A DNA stretch of 63,864 nucleotides, counting the filler, from Klebsormidium nitens (lineage: Eukaryota > Plantae > Klebsormidiophyceae), in assembly GCA_000708835.1 (NCBI GenBank). It is 10 parts of 10 records of this genome, joined end to end, with 100 filler letters (N's around TTAATTAATTAA, not from the genome) between each part and the next. Parts side by side here need not be neighbours in the genome. Positions count along the whole stretch, not along the records: positions 57,552 to 61,145 come from DF238565.1; positions 61,246 to 63,864 come from DF238659.1; 8 more parts are not named here. The stretch is one strand, 5' to 3'. Below, one piece after another: positions 60,872-63,864 of this stretch. Numbering within the stretch: the first letter of the stretch is position 1; the number at the start of each line of letters is the position of its first letter. The position numbers and the translations under genes are program-made. The notes under the pieces were generated by a model that saw only the letters and a list, made by a program, of their open reading frames with translations, had not been told where the DNA came from and searched no databases.

Positions 60872-61140
60872 TGTTAGAATCCGGTGATTATGGTCAGCCG
60901 GATTACTCCGTGATTAGGGTTCGGACCGAGTTAGGGTTTGAACTAGTGAGCGCCGGCGTGCGTGCACAGCGATTAGGCGGTTAACCTTGGAGGTTAGGCG
61001 GTTGAGAGGGCCGCCGATATGGAGCCGTAGATGAGGATATCGATGGCTATGATTGAGTGTGAGTGTGATCTAGGCTAGTGAGCCTAGTAGTGTGTGACTT
61101 AGGCTGTGAGCCTAGTAGGCTAGTGAGCCTAGTGGAAGGA
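60872..61140 (+). repeat. LTR-like terminus (starts TGTTAG), copy 1
   Basis: Near-identical in reverse complement to 61262-61526, with a few substitutions. Confidence 0.75.
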
Positions 61141-61261
61141 GATCTNNNNNNNNNNNNNNNNNNNNNNNNNNNNNNNNNNNNNNNNNNNNTTAATTAATTA
61201 ANNNNNNNNNNNNNNNNNNNNNNNNNNNNNNNNNNNNNNNNNNNNTTACGGGTCTCTTCCG

Positions 61262-61526
61262 TTCCACTTGGCTCACTAGCCTACTAGGCTCACAGCCTAA
61301 GTCACACACTACTAGGCTCACTAGCCTAGATCACACTCACACTCAATCATAGCCATCGATATCCTCATCTACGGCTCCATATCGACGGCCCCCTCAACCG
61401 CCTAACCTCCAAGGTTAACCGCCTAACCGCTGTGCACGCACGCCGGCGCTCACTAGTTCAAACCCTAACTCGGTCCGAACCCTAATCACGGAGTAATCCG
61501 GCTGACCATAATCACCGGATTCTAAC
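61262..61526 (-). repeat. LTR-like terminus, copy 2, inserted into a Copia RT region
   Basis: Reverse complement of 60873-61140. Abuts the Copia motif CTRLDIAQAVGALA at 61527. Confidence 0.75.
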
Positions 61527-63864
61527 GAGCGCCAAAGCGCCCACCGCTTGAGCGATGTCGAGCCGTGTGCACACGCTCTAGTACAACAAGCTTTCAATGA
61601 GCTCGCTATAGGGAAATCTCGCCGTGTCGAGCGGCTCACCCTCTCTCGTCAACTTCTCGCCCGCATCAAAGTGACCGAGCGCGCCCGCGCGCCCGCCAAT
61701 CCGTGCCGCCCAAGAAGCTCCCCCGTTAGCTTCTTTTGCGTGAGCTTGAGGATGCTCGCCTCCAGGTCGCGCGCCAACTCCATCCCGAGGAAGTACGTCG
61801 CCTCCCCTAAGTCGTGCACGTCGAACTTCTCTGCCAAGTGCGCCTTCACCTTTGCAATGCGCTCCGCGCCCCGGGCCGCGACGACGTCCACCCAAACCAC
61901 GAGGTAAACCCGCTCACCGTCCACTTTTCCGGTGAAAAGCGCCGCGTCCGCAAAGAACGCCACAAACTCGACGTTCCCGAGCTCCTCCTTCAAGCGCGCG
62001 TGCCACGCCCGCGGCGCTTGTCGCAACCCGTACAAGGTGCGTTTGAGGCGGCAAACCACGTTCGACCCGCCTTGCTCGTACCCCTCCGGTTGCTTCATGT
62101 AGATCTCCTCCTCGAGCTCACCGTTGAGGAACGCCGTCTTGACGTCCAATTGGTGCAGCTCCAAGTTGCGCTCCGCAACCACCGCGAGGAGCGCCCGCAA
62201 GGTGGTGTGCTTGCTCACGGGGGCATAGACCTCCTCGAAATCTATCCCGTGCTTTTGCCAGTGACCCTTTGCCACCACCCGCGACTTGTACCGCTCCACA
62301 TTCCCAAGCGCATCTCGCTTAATCTTGTAAACCCACTTCATGGAAACCGGCTTCACCCCCTCCGGTTTTCGACAAGCTCCCACGTCCCGTTCTCCAACAA
62401 GGACCGCATCTCTTCAACCATGGACTTCCGCCAAAGCTCGCTCTCTTCTCCCGCTACGGCTTCTTGATACGTTTGCGGCTCCGGATGCTCCCCCGACCCC
62501 TTGGGGTGCTCCCCGGTTTCCTCCGCCAAGTATGCCCGGTACCACTCCCCGGGCGCCCGCCTCTCGCGTGCGGGGTATCTTCGCGCCGTCTCCTCTTGAG
62601 CGCCATCCCCTTCGACGGAATCCTCGCTCCCGGTGTCGGCCTCCCCCGTAGGAGTAGCCCCTACACCGGGCTGAGTGTCGGCCTCCCCCGTAGGAGTAGC
62701 CTCTACACCCATCCGAGTCGGGGGGTTCACACGCCTAGGGTCGCGAGCACCCCCCTCCTCCTTCCCCGGATCGGAGCCAAGCTCAACGATCACGGAGGGC
62801 CCGCGCTCATCTACGATGACGTTGTGGGAGGTCAACACCGTTCCATCCCGCTCGCGGAGGACTCGGTAGGATTTGGAGTTAGGCTCGTAGCCCAAGAACA
62901 CTCTCCTCTCGCTTACCGGCTCCATCTTCTTCCGTTTTCCCTTAGGCACGTGGATGTAGACCCGCGCCCCAAACACCCGCAAGTGGCTAAGGTCCGGCTT
63001 CTCCCCGTAAATCATCTCCCACGGGGTCTTGCCGTGAACGCTCGAGGGAACCCGGTTCCGGGTGTAGTTAGGTGTAACCATCGCTTCCGCCCACAGCTCC
63101 GGCCCCAACCCGGCGTCTTCTAGCAAAGCCCGTCCCTTTTCTTCGAGCGTCCGGTTCAACCGCTCCGCCGAACAGGTTTGTTCGGGAGAGTGCCCCGCCG
63201 TGGTCCGGTGCACCGTTCCCCTTTTTGCGAGGAGGGCCGTCATCCCCTCGTTGACGTACTCCCCACCCCGGTCCGTTTGCACCGCATTCACTTTCTTCCC
63301 CGATTGCAATTCCAACCGGGCGAAGACGCTTTCCATGACCTCCGTCACGTCGCTCTTTCGCTCCAACGGTTGGACCTCCGAGAGCTTGCTATAGTCGTCG
63401 AGGAAAGTGGCCAAGTACCGACTCCGCCCCTTTGACGTCACCGACATGGGCCCGCACACGTCCATATGCACTAGCTCGAGGGGCTCCGTGCTCTCCTTGA
63501 ACGTTGACTCCTTGGGAAATGGCTCCCGGGTTTGCTTTCCCAAGATGCAAGGCTCGCACACCGAGGTTGTTCTTTCCCGAAACGCCTCGGCATTGACCCC
63601 CACACCCCGAACCGAGTCCCCCTCAACTTGGCTAGGCTTTCGTACCCGGCGTGCCCCAACCTCCGGTGCCACAACACCGGGCTCTCGGCTTCTCGCACAA
63701 GCAAGCACGTGTCCTCCCACGTGGGCTTCGGTTGGCAAACTACCGACATGCCCTCCGCGTTTTCTTCCGCCTGAAGCACAACCTCTCTATCCATGGAGAC
63801 TTTATGTTGAAACACAGCGTTGTTGGAAGTGATATTCAATCAATCAAGTTCACACAATGTATAT
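61527..63864 (-). mobile_element. Ty1/Copia pol fragment (GAG-pre-integrase, integrase, RT), frameshifted and truncated
   Basis: LWHRRLGH, CEPCILGKQ, LELVHMDVCGP, VQTDRGGEY, AERLNRTL, LWAEAM, KWVYKIKRD, HQLDVKTAFLNGELEEEIYMKQPEG, LYGLRQAPRAW. Integrase precedes RT, the Copia order. Confidence 0.96.

Overview
Eukaryotic, intron-rich draft-genome DNA, most consistent with a streptophyte green alga such as Klebsormidium. This is an inference from the plastid starch phosphorylase, (TTTTAGGG)n repeats and the intron style. The window is not one continuous locus: nine 100-bp N44-TTAATTAATTAA-N44 linkers join ten contigs, so neighbourhood across linkers cannot be trusted. Host genes are a 16-exon plastidial alpha-glucan phosphorylase head-to-head with an LCM-family SAM methyltransferase, and UBP14 (USP5/13 type), whose contig ends in telomeric repeats. 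The rest is mobile or virus-like DNA: a KDZ/CxC-SWIM transposon-type gene, two D5/P4-type SF3 helicase genes, a decayed chromoviral Ty3/Gypsy element, a P-loop NTPase pseudogene of Crinkler/STAND type, and two Ty1/Copia fragments. The Gypsy element has an N6-adenine-methyltransferase-like remnant before the protease and a CpG-free gag. The best candidate for an undescribed system is a ~9.15-kb unit (about 21.5-31.4 kb): an intron-containing D5-like helicase gene bracketed by homologous direct tandem-repeat arrays, next to an NCLDV-like small ORF. A second, divergent repeat-flanked D5 copy with AT-rich intronless ORFs lies on the next contig.
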